DNA of 62,366 nucleotides, filler included. It is 6 parts of 6 records of this genome, joined end to end, with 100 filler letters (N's around TTAATTAATTAA, not from the genome) between each part and the next. Parts side by side here need not be neighbours in the genome. Positions count along the whole stretch, not along the records: positions 18,525 to 24,493 come from SRR20825019_627; positions 24,594 to 34,666 come from SRR20825019_633; 4 more parts are not named here. One strand, written 5' to 3'. Positions 21,858-30,828 of this stretch are shown here, piece after piece (positions within the stretch are counted from its first letter, which is position 1; each line of letters begins with the position of its first letter). Made by a program: the position numbers and the translations under genes. The notes below the pieces were generated by a model, which did no database searches, had not been told where the DNA came from, and saw only the letters and a list, made by a program, of their open reading frames with translations.

Positions 21858-21886
21858 AAAGCCCGCACAAGAATGCGGGCTTTTTT
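21858..21886. terminator. intrinsic, probably bidirectional terminator
   Basis: AAA-GCCCGCA-caagaa-TGCGGGC-TTTTTT between convergent genes. Confidence 0.85.
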
Positions 21887-21927
21887 CGTCGACGCGCAGG
21901 CGCTTTTCCACAGGATGCGAAACTGGC

Positions 21928-22326
21928 CTAAGCCGTTTCCGGCACGCGGGCGATGACCTTTATTTCAAAGTCAAATCCGGCAAGCCAGGTGACGCCCAAC
22001 GCTGTCCAGTTGGGATAAGGTTGCGTATTGAAGATCTCGTTTTTGACCGCCAGAACTGCTTCAAGCTGGTTTTCGGGATCAGTGTGAAACGATGTCACGT
22101 CGATGATGTCATCGAATGTGCATCCGCCCGCCTTTAATGTGCCGGAGAGGTTATCGAATGCCCGGCGCACCTGTGCTTCGAACTCGGGCTCGGGTGTACC
22201 ATCGTCACGACTGCCGACCTGGCCGGAAACGAACAGCAGGTCGCCCGAGCGAATGGCCGCCGAGTATTTATGCGCTTCATAAAGTGCGTGGCGGTTACTG
22301 GGGAAAATGGCTTCTCTTGCGGTCAT
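21928..22326 (-). CDS. RidA/YjgF/UK114-family protein
   Basis: YSAAIRSGDLLFVSGQVG, YPNWTALGV, FEIKVIA; start at MTAREAIF. Confidence 0.9.
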   Translation of the reverse strand: MTAREAIFPSNRHALYEAHKYSAAIRSGDLLFVSGQVGSRDDGTPEPEFEAQVRRAFDNLSGTLKAGGCTFDDIIDVTSFHTDPENQLEAVLAVKNEIFNTQPYPNWTALGVTWLAGFDFEIKVIARVPETA

Positions 22327-22403
22327 AGGTAGCCTTTCTTCATATTTTTGGCAAAATGCATGAAATGAGCGATGCAAGCTTTCATGCAATGCGCTACATT
22401 CAT

Positions 22404-22467
22404 ATACACGGCGTATATAAGACTTAATGATATACGCTTCGCATGTCAATTAACATACGAAGCGTAT
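22404..22467. promoter_or_regulatory. three ATACG-N3-CGTAT-type palindromes, candidate TetR operators
   Basis: ATACAcggCGTAT 22404, ATACGcttCGCAT 22432, ATACGaagCGTAT 22455 in the ridA/tetR divergent spacer. Confidence 0.8.
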
Positions 22468-22484
22468 TTGAAATGGAGGCACGT

Positions 22485-23093
22485 TTGGCGAAATCCCGCT
22501 CCGAGAAAATGGAGGAGAACCGTGCGAAGCTGGTTACTGCTGCGCGAAAAGCTTTTGCCGAGAAAGGTTATGCCGCAGCCTCGATGGATGACCTGACCGC
22601 AGAGGCAGGACTGACACGCGGTGCGCTCTATCACAATTTTGGCGACAAGCGCGGGCTTCTGGCGGCCGTGGTCGATCAGATCGACAGTGGACTGGCAGAC
22701 CGGGCGCGCCAAAAGGCAGAAGCGGAAAAAACAAAGTGGGGAGCGCTGATGGCCGAAGGCATCGCCTATATAGAAATGGCGCTTGAACCTGAAGTACAGC
22801 GCATCGTATTGCTTGATGGGCCGGCCTTTCTCGGCGACCCGTCGCAATGGCCAAGCCAGAATGCCTGCCTTCAGGAAACCCATGCTGCGGTAAAAGAACT
22901 GATCGCCGATGGCATCATGAAACCGGTTGACGCCGAAGTGGCGGCACGGCTTCTAACGGGGGCAGCCTTGAACGCCGCACTTTGGGTTGCTGCAGACGAC
23001 ACCCCGGATGCGCGTTTGCCAAAATCCATTGAGGCGTTCCGCGCGATGGCCTCCGGCTTTCTGACAGAACCGCTGCAACGCCTGGTCAGATAA
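22485..23093 (+). CDS. TetR/AcrR-family regulator
   Basis: HTH KGYAAASMDDLTAEAGLTRGALYHNFGDK; TTG start 22485 after GGAGG. Confidence 0.92.
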   Translation: MAKSRSEKMEENRAKLVTAARKAFAEKGYAAASMDDLTAEAGLTRGALYHNFGDKRGLLAAVVDQIDSGLADRARQKAEAEKTKWGALMAEGIAYIEMALEPEVQRIVLLDGPAFLGDPSQWPSQNACLQETHAAVKELIADGIMKPVDAEVAARLLTGAALNAALWVAADDTPDARLPKSIEAFRAMASGFLTEPLQRLVR

Positions 23094-23170
23094 AAAGAAA
23101 GGGCGGCACATGCAGCCCTTCCCTTGATCTGAATATCAAGCCCACGCCGTTGCAAGCGAGCGCTTTCCAC

Positions 23171-24103
23171 TCACCCGAACACCCGCCTTGGCTTGAACTG
23201 TCCCTGCGCAATCTCACCGATTGCGATCAGGCGGCCAGCGAGAGACGCATAGGCTTCCGGCTCCTCAACCGGTGCATACTGCCCCCGCAGAATGATTGGA
23301 TTGCCAAGCTTCAGTCGCCGCGCCTGTTCATCCGTCACCGGCACATGAGGAAGGTTCACCAGCGCTTCCGAAGTATCGATGAGAAGCGCCTCAAGCGCAG
23401 CAAAGCGTTCGGCATCGTCTTCGATCTCTTCCAGTGCCGTCAGATCGGCCAGCGGAACCAGCATTTCCTCGGAAAACGGCGCGACATATGGCCGGCGCAA
23501 CGCTGAAATATGGCCATAGCAGCCCAGGTCACGGCCGAAATCGCGGGCGAGCGCACGGACATAGGTGCCCTTGCCGCATTCGACTTCAAACTCGGCCGTA
23601 TTTTCATCCGGGCACCCCAGCAGCGTCAGACGATGTATCTCTACTTCTCGGGTCGGAATATCAACTGTTTCGCCCCCGCGTGCCAGATCATAGGCGCGCG
23701 CGCCATCAATCTTGATTGCGGAAAATTGCGGCGGCACCTGCTCGATCACGCCGGTGTATTTTTCCAGAAGCGCTTCAATCGCCTCACGCACCGGGCGATT
23801 ATCGGAGGTCCTGGTCACCTCGCCTTCAAGATCGTCGGTGGAACGCTCTTCACCCCAGGACACCGTGAACTCATAGATCTTGCGACCATCCATCACGTAA
23901 GGAACCGTTTTGGTGGCATCGCCAAGTGCAATCGGCAACATGCCGGAAGCCAACGGATCTAGCGTACCGGCGTGACCGGCTTTCTGCGCCTTGAACAGCC
24001 ATTTGATCTTCGAAACCGCTTCGGTGGAACCGAAATCAACTGGCTTGTCGAGGATGACCCAGCCGGAAATCGGGCGGCCTTTCGGTTTTCTCTGCCGCGC
24101 CAT
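23171..24103 (-). CDS. truB: tRNA pseudouridine(55) synthase
   Basis: [30 protein letters not shown]. Confidence 0.97.
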   Translation of the reverse strand: MARQRKPKGRPISGWVILDKPVDFGSTEAVSKIKWLFKAQKAGHAGTLDPLASGMLPIALGDATKTVPYVMDGRKIYEFTVSWGEERSTDDLEGEVTRTSDNRPVREAIEALLEKYTGVIEQVPPQFSAIKIDGARAYDLARGGETVDIPTREVEIHRLTLLGCPDENTAEFEVECGKGTYVRALARDFGRDLGCYGHISALRRPYVAPFSEEMLVPLADLTALEEIEDDAERFAALEALLIDTSEALVNLPHVPVTDEQARRLKLGNPIILRGQYAPVEEPEAYASLAGRLIAIGEIAQGQFKPRRVFG

Positions 24104-24493
24104 CAGTTTCCGCCCTCACCGTTTTCATCGTCATCGCGATCAAGATCGCGCACCACTTCCGGCGAGTGCAAAAGCTCATCAATCTTGCGGAAGTTCTCAA
24201 AACTCGTATCGTCTCGGAAGCGCAGTTCCGGCATATATTTCATCTGCCGCAGTTCGCGCGTAATGCGACCGCGCATGAATTTCGCATGATGATTTAAGGC
24301 GCTGACCAATGCCTCATGGTCCTGCTGGCCCAACGGTGTGACATAGGCTGTCGCCACCTTCAGATCGGGTGACATGCGCACTTCGGAAATCGAAATTACG
24401 GTCTTTTCAATCAGCGGGTCGCGGACTTCACCGCGCTGCAACACCTTGGTCAAAGCGGCACGAACCTGTTCGCCAACGCGAAGCATGCGCTGG
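24103..24493 (-). CDS. rbfA: ribosome-binding factor A, 5' truncated
   Basis: [38 protein letters not shown] overlap with truB. Confidence 0.95.
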
Positions 24494-24593
24494 NNNNNNN
24501 NNNNNNNNNNNNNNNNNNNNNNNNNNNNNNNNNNNNNTTAATTAATTAANNNNNNNNNNNNNNNNNNNNNNNNNNNNNNNNNNNNNNNNNNNN
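24494..24593. other. artificial contig spacer
   Basis: 44N-TTAATTAATTAA-44N. Confidence 0.98.
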
Positions 24594-24900
24594 CGTGCCG
24601 ATCCGCAAGAAGGGCAAGCTGCCGGGCGAGACCATCGGGCAGAACTATGCGCTCGAATATGGAGTCGATACCATCGAGATCCATGCCGATGTGGTGGGGC
24701 CGGAACACAAGGTGTTGCTGGTGGACGATCTGATTGCCACCGGGGGTACGGCAATTGCCGCGGTCAGCCTGCTCCGGCGCACCGGGTCGGTTTGTGATGA
24801 CGCCGCCTTTGTCATCGATCTGCCCGAAATCGGTGGTGCAGACAAGCTGCGGGCCGAGGGCATTGTCGTGTCGAGCCTAATGGCTTTTGAGGGGCATTAA
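24594..24900 (+). CDS. apt: adenine phosphoribosyltransferase, 5' truncated
   Basis: RKKGKLPG, YALEYG, VLLVDDLIATGGT PRPP loop. Confidence 0.95.
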
Positions 24901-24941
24901 GGGCGTTTCGGCGCTTGCCGTGCGGGACAGGGCCGTCCGTT

Positions 24942-25343
24942 CTACCAGCTGCTCCGTCCGTCGAGTTGCGCCACTTCGATCCTGGACCAGTCCAGATCGT
25001 CGACAAGGCGCAGATTAACCGCCTGCTTGCGCGTGGTCGGAATGGCATTGGGATCATCGCCCTTGGGGGTGCCATCGTCATTGTAGAGGGACGACCAATC
25101 AGGGGATTCACCCCAGGTCTGCATGCCGCAGGTGCCACAGAAATAGTGCTGATGCATGTCCGGACTGGTCGAATACATGCGCTCGCCGGTGCGCGAGAGG
25201 AATGTGAGTTCTCCGGGTGCATAATAGGACCAGACGGCGCCCGTGCGCGCGCAATAGGTGCAGTTGCATTGGCTGCCATGGGCTGGGTGCTCGGGCAGAG
25301 CGATGCGGATGGCGCCGCAATGGCAGGACAGTGTGAGGGTCAT
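24942..25343 (-). CDS. GFA/CENP-V family Zn protein
   Basis: SCHCGAI, CNCTYC, FCGTCG, AVNLR. Confidence 0.88.
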   Translation of the reverse strand: MTLTLSCHCGAIRIALPEHPAHGSQCNCTYCARTGAVWSYYAPGELTFLSRTGERMYSTSPDMHQHYFCGTCGMQTWGESPDWSSLYNDDGTPKGDDPNAIPTTRKQAVNLRLVDDLDWSRIEVAQLDGRSSW

Positions 25344-25386
25344 GGGTGCGCTCCTTCTGGCGAATGCAAGAAGGATGGCGCCTGGC

Positions 25387-25405
25387 GCTGACAGGCTGTG
25401 TCAGC
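25387..25405. promoter_or_regulatory. palindrome GCTGACA-N5-TGTCAGC, candidate operator for the GFA gene
   Basis: Perfect 7-bp arms ~45-60 bp upstream of the GFA start. Confidence 0.5.
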
Positions 25406-25407
25406 AC

Positions 25408-25818
25408 TCAGGCGGCCTGCTCAACCTCTCCGGCCAAATGATGCTGGCGCTTGTCGATCAGGCAGAACTGATTGCCCTCGGGATCGCGCATGACCGTATA
25501 GGTGGGCAGAACGCGGTCAACGGAGGCTCCCGCCGATTTCAGGCGCTCCACTTCCGCAACCCGATCCTCGACCTCCACGTCGAAATGGACGCGATTATTG
25601 TCCGGGCGCTGGCCATCGACATTCTGGAAGCAGATCGAGGGGCCGGGGCCGTCAAGGCTGAGGATGGTGGGGACATTGGGGTCAAGGCCCAGGACCTGGC
25701 TGGCGGCCGGGTCCGTCTCGGTTTCGCGCAGGGTATAACCCTCAAGCAATCCGGCCCAGAAGGGGGCCAGGACGGCTGGTTCAACACAATCAAAGACGAT
25801 TTCATGGATGGCGCCCAT
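25408..25818 (-). CDS. VOC/glyoxalase-family protein
   Basis: IVFDC..PAVLAPFW, NRVHFDV, VMRDPEGNQFC. Confidence 0.88.
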   Translation of the reverse strand: MGAIHEIVFDCVEPAVLAPFWAGLLEGYTLRETETDPAASQVLGLDPNVPTILSLDGPGPSICFQNVDGQRPDNNRVHFDVEVEDRVAEVERLKSAGASVDRVLPTYTVMRDPEGNQFCLIDKRQHHLAGEVEQAA

Positions 25819-25931
25819 TTGGCCTGTCTCCTTGTCGTTTGACAATTCGTTAACGGGCAAATGCGGCAAGACTGGTGCAAGGGCCTACGCGGCCTCTCGG
25901 GGTCCTTGCACCGGCTCTGGAAGATGTCGCG

Positions 25932-27149
25932 CTATTGGGCGGGTTGCGGCGACGGGTTGCCGCTCCTGGGCACTGTGCCGCCCAGTTGACGCTGCCCCAG
26001 AAGCACGGTGGCCAGCGCCAGGAAGCCGGCAATGATGGAGACCCAGAAGCCGTTTTGGGCGCCATAGGTGTCCACGACCCATCCGGCCACGAAGGCCCCG
26101 AGCGCCATGCCGATACCGATGCCGGTGATGACCCAGGTGATGCCCTCGGTGAGCAAGGCGGCCGGGACGCGCCGCTCGATCAGGCCGAAGGCGGTGATGA
26201 AGGTGGGCGAGATGGCGATGCCGCTGACAAAGACCGCGAAGGCGAGCAGAATAACGGTATCGGCAAAGAGCAGCGGAATGGTGGTGATGGCCACAGTGCC
26301 CACGGCGATGGCCAATTGGCGCTGCATGGGCATGCGGATGGTCATGGCCCCCATGATGAGGCCGACGACGAATGATCCGGCAGCATAGACGCCGATCACC
26401 AGGCTGGCCGCGCCGGGCTCGCCCAGGGCCTCGGTGATCGCGACGGCGCTGACTTCGGCGGTGGCGAAAATCGTGCCGACAAAAACGAGGGCCAGGGTGA
26501 CGATCTGCACGGGGCGCTGGCGAATAGCCGAGCCGGTCGTGCTGTCCGTCGTTGTCGAGGGCGTCGGTTCGGTGCCGCGCTGGGCAATGAAGGAAAGACC
26601 ACCAATGGCCAGGGCGGCCGTGCTGGCCAGCATGCCGGCTTCGGGAAAGAGCGCAACGCTGAGGCCGACCGAGAGAGAGGCGCCGGCAATATAGACCAGC
26701 TCGTCGGCGGCCGATTCGAAGGCGAAGGCCGTGTTGAGTTCGGGCCGGTCGCGGAACAATTCGCTCCAGCGGGCGCGAATCATGGCCGGGAAGCTGGGCA
26801 TGAGCGCCGCCACGAAGGCGGTGACATAGAGCGTCCAGATCGGCCAATCCTGGTTGACGGCGAGCATGAGCAGGGAGAATGCGACAACGGCAATGAGCGT
26901 TGTGGGCAGCAGGACCCGGGTCTGACCGACGCGGTCGACCAGGCGTGAAATCTGTGGGGCCAGCAGGGCGTTGGTCAGGGCGTAGGTGGCCGAGACGGCC
27001 CCGGCAAGCCAGTATTCACCATGGGCCTGGGACAGCATGGCGACGATGCCGATAGGCGCCATGGCCATGGGCATGCGGGCCAGGAATCCAGCGGCGGCGA
27101 AACCCTTGGCGCCGGGCGCGCGAAAGATTTCCGAATAGGGGTTGGGCAT
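25932..27149 (-). CDS. MFS transporter
   Basis: 405 aa, ~12 hydrophobic segments, SRLVDRVGQ motif-A-like loop. Confidence 0.9.
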   Translation of the reverse strand: MPNPYSEIFRAPGAKGFAAAGFLARMPMAMAPIGIVAMLSQAHGEYWLAGAVSATYALTNALLAPQISRLVDRVGQTRVLLPTTLIAVVAFSLLMLAVNQDWPIWTLYVTAFVAALMPSFPAMIRARWSELFRDRPELNTAFAFESAADELVYIAGASLSVGLSVALFPEAGMLASTAALAIGGLSFIAQRGTEPTPSTTTDSTTGSAIRQRPVQIVTLALVFVGTIFATAEVSAVAITEALGEPGAASLVIGVYAAGSFVVGLIMGAMTIRMPMQRQLAIAVGTVAITTIPLLFADTVILLAFAVFVSGIAISPTFITAFGLIERRVPAALLTEGITWVITGIGIGMALGAFVAGWVVDTYGAQNGFWVSIIAGFLALATVLLGQRQLGGTVPRSGNPSPQPAQ

Positions 27150-27194
27150 GTCAAAATCCTCGACATTTGATAAGCCGCGACCTAGTGCATATTT

Positions 27195-27259
27195 ATACGC
27201 GGCGTATGTGAGTTGGTATTATCATACGCGACGTATGTCAATTGGCATACGAGACGTAT
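27195..27259. promoter_or_regulatory. three perfect ATACG-N3-CGTAT palindromes, candidate TetR operators
   Basis: ATACGcggCGTAT 27195, ATACGcgaCGTAT 27224, ATACGagaCGTAT 27247 in the MFS/tetR divergent spacer. Confidence 0.85.
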
Positions 27260-27274
27260 GCGTTTGAGGTTTGA

Positions 27275-27871
27275 ATGGCTGTCAGGACCAGAGGCGAGAT
27301 GATCGCCGAGACACGCGCAAAGCTGCTGGCGGCGGGGCGCAAGGCTTTTGGCGAGATCGGCTATGCCGATGCATCAATGGATGATTTTACCGGGAAGGTC
27401 GGGCTGACGCGCGGGGCGCTCTACCACCATTTCGGCGACAAGCGCGGCTTGTTCGAGGCGGTGATCGCCCAAATCGACGCAGAGATGACGGTGCGGCTCA
27501 AGGCGCGTGCGGCCAAAATGGCGACGCCCTGGGAAAGCTTCATCGAAGAGGGGATCGGCTATATCGAGATGGCGCTGGAGCCGGAAATCCGCCGAATCGT
27601 CCTGCGCGATGGCCCGGCGGTGCTCGGCGATCCGGCAAGCTGGCCGACGACCAATGGCTGCATGACGGCGATGACGGAGTGTTTGGCGGACCTGGCCGAG
27701 GATGGCGTGATCCGGGATGTCGACCTGGAAGCGACGGCCCGCATGCTCACCGGGGCCTCCTGCTATGCGGCGACCTGGATTGCCAATGCCGAGGATCCGC
27801 AGGCCATTTCAGCCCGCGCGACGGCTGCGTACCGCCGGCTGGTCGAAGGGTTGTTGCGCGATCCACAGTGA
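27275..27871 (+). CDS. TetR/AcrR-family regulator, close homologue of the one at 22485
   Basis: GYADASMDDFTGKVGLTRGALYHHFGDKRGL; shared YIEMALEPE..RIVL.DGPA.LGDP..WP. Confidence 0.92.
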   Translation: MAVRTRGEMIAETRAKLLAAGRKAFGEIGYADASMDDFTGKVGLTRGALYHHFGDKRGLFEAVIAQIDAEMTVRLKARAAKMATPWESFIEEGIGYIEMALEPEIRRIVLRDGPAVLGDPASWPTTNGCMTAMTECLADLAEDGVIRDVDLEATARMLTGASCYAATWIANAEDPQAISARATAAYRRLVEGLLRDPQ

Positions 27872-27895
27872 GCGAGCGGAAGACAGGCAAACATG

Positions 27896-27924
27896 AAAAA
27901 GGCCGGCGTCAAACGCCGGCCTTT
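27896..27924. terminator. bidirectional intrinsic terminator
   Basis: AAAAAGGCCGGCGT-caa-ACGCCGGCCTTT between convergent tetR and terC. Confidence 0.85.
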
Positions 27925-27950
27925 GGCTCAAGTCATGTTGCGCAATGCGC

Positions 27951-28970
27951 TCAGGGTTCCAACTGACCCGTCTTGGGTTCGTCTTCGGCGCTGATATCGG
28001 GCTCGTTGCGGGTCTTCCACAAGGAGTAGAGCACGCCGCCGGCCAGGATCGCGATGGTGACGCCAAGCGAGAGCATGGTGTCGATCTTGATGCCCAGGGG
28101 GACGAGGAAGATCTTGATGCCGATGAGCACCAGGATGATTGCCAGCGAAATCTGGAGATAGCGGAAGCGGTTCATCGCCGCTGCGAGTGCGAAATAGAGC
28201 GCGCGCAGACCAAGGATGGCGAAGATGTTGGAAGTGTAGACGATGAAGGTGTCCTGGGTCACCGCAAACACCGCCGGCACCGAGTCCACGGCAAAGATCA
28301 GGTCGACGATTTCGACCATGATGAGCGCCACGGCCAGCGGGGTCAGCCAGGTGACGAGCTTGCCGGTCTTTGGATCGGGCTCCTTGACGGCGAAGTGACG
28401 GCCGCGCAGCTCGTTGGTAATGCGGAAATGTCCGCGCAGGAATTTGAGGATCCTGTTGTTTTCCATGTCCGGCTCTTCGTCGGAATGGGAGAACATGCGG
28501 ATGCCGGTGAAGACCAGGAAGGCGCCGAAAAGGAACAGGATCGCTTCGAACTGGTGGACCAGGGCCGCGCCGACACCGATCAGCACGGCACGGAACAGGA
28601 TCACACCCAGAATACCCCAGAACAGCACGCGGTGCTGATAGAGCCGGGGGATGCCGAGGAAGCCGAATATGGTGGCGATGACGAACATATTGTCCATCGC
28701 CAGTGACTGTTCGATGAGGTAGCCGGTATAGAATTCGAGACCGGATTGCGCCCCGCGGCTGAACCAGACCCAGGCGCCGAAGGCCAGGGCAATCAGGACA
28801 TAAAAGCCGTAGAGCAGCAGGCTCTCCTTGGCTTCGATCTCATGCTCATCGCGATGCAAAATGCCGAGGTCGAAAACAAGCAGAGCTATAACGATCGCGA
28901 TGAACGCGAGCCAGAAATAGGTTGGTGTACCGAGAAAATCGCCCGAAAGGGCGGCAAGAAGCGATTCCAT
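27951..28970 (-). CDS. TerC/Alx-family membrane protein
   Basis: GYLIEQSLAMDNMFV, QHRVLFWGILG, DLIFAVDSVPA, YTSNIFAILGLRALYF. Confidence 0.93.
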   Translation of the reverse strand: MESLLAALSGDFLGTPTYFWLAFIAIVIALLVFDLGILHRDEHEIEAKESLLLYGFYVLIALAFGAWVWFSRGAQSGLEFYTGYLIEQSLAMDNMFVIATIFGFLGIPRLYQHRVLFWGILGVILFRAVLIGVGAALVHQFEAILFLFGAFLVFTGIRMFSHSDEEPDMENNRILKFLRGHFRITNELRGRHFAVKEPDPKTGKLVTWLTPLAVALIMVEIVDLIFAVDSVPAVFAVTQDTFIVYTSNIFAILGLRALYFALAAAMNRFRYLQISLAIILVLIGIKIFLVPLGIKIDTMLSLGVTIAILAGGVLYSLWKTRNEPDISAEDEPKTGQLEP

Positions 28971-28981
28971 CGCCGGACCTT

Positions 28982-29054
28982 CTCCATGTGAATAAGTGGA
29001 GCAGTTCCGACATCGCCATAGCAAGGGGCTATGACCAGAGGGGCCCGGCACTGC
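28982..29054 (-). ncRNA. structured 5' leader of terC, resembling the terC RNA motif
   Basis: Sense strand: GCAGTGCCGG...GTCGGAACTGC outer stem enclosing TCATAGC/GCTATGG hairpin, followed by CTCCA/TGGAG hairpin over the SD; family identity from memory only. Confidence 0.6.
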
Positions 29055-29141
29055 CGCCTCTAAATGCGGGAAAAGACGGAAAAGTTCAACCCCTGCTTTC
29101 GGGGGAGAGGGGGAAATCCGGCGATCCGGACGTGTTCGGTG

Positions 29142-29486
29142 CTATCGCGGGTTGCAGAGCATGACGATGGCGTCGGCGGTTTCAAGCTGCAGGGCGGTGC
29201 CGAAATTGGCGTCGTCGACCAGCCGGCCGGCCTGGATGGCGGCGTTGGCGCGCAGATTGCCGTCATTGAAGCCGACACCGTCCTGATAGGGGGTCAGCGT
29301 GCCCGTGCCGGAATTGGGGTCGTTGGCGACGCGCGAGGCCCAGCCATAGACCTGGCCATAAATGGTCAGGATGCCGGCGCGATTGGTGCTGGTGTCGCGG
29401 CAGCTCCAATTGCCCTGATAGGCCTGGGCAAGAGCCGGCGCGGCGGACAGGGCGGTGAGGGCGAGGCAAAGGGCGAATCGGCGCAT
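29142..29486 (-). CDS. small secreted hypothetical protein
   Basis: Signal peptide MRRFALCLALTALSAAPALA; two Cys in the mature part. Confidence 0.7.
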   Translation of the reverse strand: MRRFALCLALTALSAAPALAQAYQGNWSCRDTSTNRAGILTIYGQVYGWASRVANDPNSGTGTLTPYQDGVGFNDGNLRANAAIQAGRLVDDANFGTALQLETADAIVMLCNPR

Positions 29487-29517
29487 GAGCAGAGCATGCC
29501 GATGCACCGTGACACGA

Positions 29518-30075
29518 TCAAGAGGCGCGTCTGATCAGCTTTCCGAGAACAGGGATTTTCGTCATCCCGAGCATGATGCGCAGTCTGAGCGGCATGACAT
29601 AGTCGCGCAGCTTGGAGAAGCCGACCAAATGGGCCTCATAGACCAGTTCGCCGCGCTGGTTGACGGCGGTGAGCTGGTTGAACAGCAGGCCCCAGCCGGG
29701 AATGGAATTGGACGGGCGCTTGTCGGTGACCGTGAGCGTATAGGTGACGGTGTCGCCGGGGCGGACGGGCGCCTTGAAATCCATGGCATTGACACCGGGA
29801 GAGGGGCCGGAGACGCCAGGCTCCTGTCCCAGGCCGCGCAGGCGCTCCTCTTCGGCGAAGAGTGCATCGACCATCTTGCGATGCCCGACGCTGACCGTGT
29901 GCCAGCCGGAGGCGATCAGGCCGCCAAAATGGCTGTGTTTGGCCAGTTCGGGGTCGGTATGGAAATATTGCGGGTCATAGAGGGTCGCGAAGCGAATGAT
30001 CTCTTCGACGGAAAAGGTATGGTCGCCGAGCGGAAAGGCCTCGTTGATGGTGATGTCTTCGAACCATCGGGTCAT
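29518..30075 (-). CDS. MaoC-family dehydratase
   Basis: FATLYDPQYFH, GGLIASGWHT, FKAPVRPGD; ATGA overlap with upstream paralogue. Confidence 0.88.
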   Translation of the reverse strand: MTRWFEDITINEAFPLGDHTFSVEEIIRFATLYDPQYFHTDPELAKHSHFGGLIASGWHTVSVGHRKMVDALFAEEERLRGLGQEPGVSGPSPGVNAMDFKAPVRPGDTVTYTLTVTDKRPSNSIPGWGLLFNQLTAVNQRGELVYEAHLVGFSKLRDYVMPLRLRIMLGMTKIPVLGKLIRRAS

Positions 30076-30551
30076 GCCAGGGCCTCGACATTGCGGCATT
30101 CGACCAGATTGGCGAGGCGCATGGTCAGGACCGGCTTGTCCTTCTGATTGCGCACGTCGAAATCGAGCGTGACAATGCCCCACTGCGGATGGCTTTCCGA
30201 GCGACGCAGTTCGGCAATAGTGACCGTGCCGCCTATGGTGTCGCCGACCATGACCGGCGTTTTCCATTTCAGGTCGCGGAAGCCCAGTCCGCCGCAGGAG
30301 GCGATGGTCGAAAGGAAGCTGTCGACCAGCATTTTGAGGCTCAGGGCCCCGGTTTGCCAGCCGCTGGAGGCCAGACCACCGAGCAGGCTCGCCTTGGCCG
30401 CTTCCTCATCGAGATGGAAAGGAAAGGGGTCGAACTCGCGCGCAAAGGTGATGATCATCTCCTTGGAGACTGCGGTGCGACCAAGATCGATGACTTCGCC
30501 CACAGCGAGGTCCTCGAAATGACGCCGATCTTTGGTGACAGGATTGGTCAT
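30072..30551 (-). CDS. MaoC-family dehydratase
   Basis: FAREFDPFPFH, GGLASSGWQT, WKTPVMVGD. Confidence 0.88.
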   Translation of the reverse strand: MTNPVTKDRRHFEDLAVGEVIDLGRTAVSKEMIITFAREFDPFPFHLDEEAAKASLLGGLASSGWQTGALSLKMLVDSFLSTIASCGGLGFRDLKWKTPVMVGDTIGGTVTIAELRRSESHPQWGIVTLDFDVRNQKDKPVLTMRLANLVECRNVEALA

Positions 30552-30622
30552 TTGCTTGCCCTATACGTCAACGGTGCTTTTGCCACGATAAATCGGGAAG
30601 GGCAAGTATAGCGGGCTCGCGG

Positions 30623-30757
30623 TATTCTTCTCCCCACCGAGGAGAAAGGGCGCGGCGCGCCCGACGAGGGGGCTTCGTCGCCGCTCCGGGTAGTGGAGGC
30701 ATCTTTCTCACCGACCCGGCTTTGCCGCGCCACCTCTCCCCGAGGAGGAGAGGAATA
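30623..30757. repeat. RIME/REP-like palindromic intergenic element
   Basis: Termini TATTCTTCTCC...GGAGAGGAATA, internal TTCTCCCC/GGAGAA hairpins; related half-elements at 51122 and 55868. Confidence 0.6.
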
Positions 30758-30828
30758 AGACGGGGGGAAAGATTGACATCGGCGCCGATCCCGCCCAAGT
30801 GGAGCGCAAAGATTTCCCGGAGATACCC

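Noticed and set aside
18425-24593. Bacterial genes inserted in a protist chromosome (HGT or endosymbiont integration)
   Set aside because: Every eukaryote-bacterium junction is the artificial spacer and many genes are cut mid-frame; no biological junction is visible
27195-27259. Mini CRISPR array from the repeated palindromes
   Set aside because: Repeats are 13 bp with 10-16 bp gaps, lie in a divergent promoter, and no cas genes are present; operators explain them
28971-29110. yybP-ykoY Mn2+ riboswitch upstream of terC
   Set aside because: Could not find its hallmark GGGGAGUA start or four-way junction; a different structure is present
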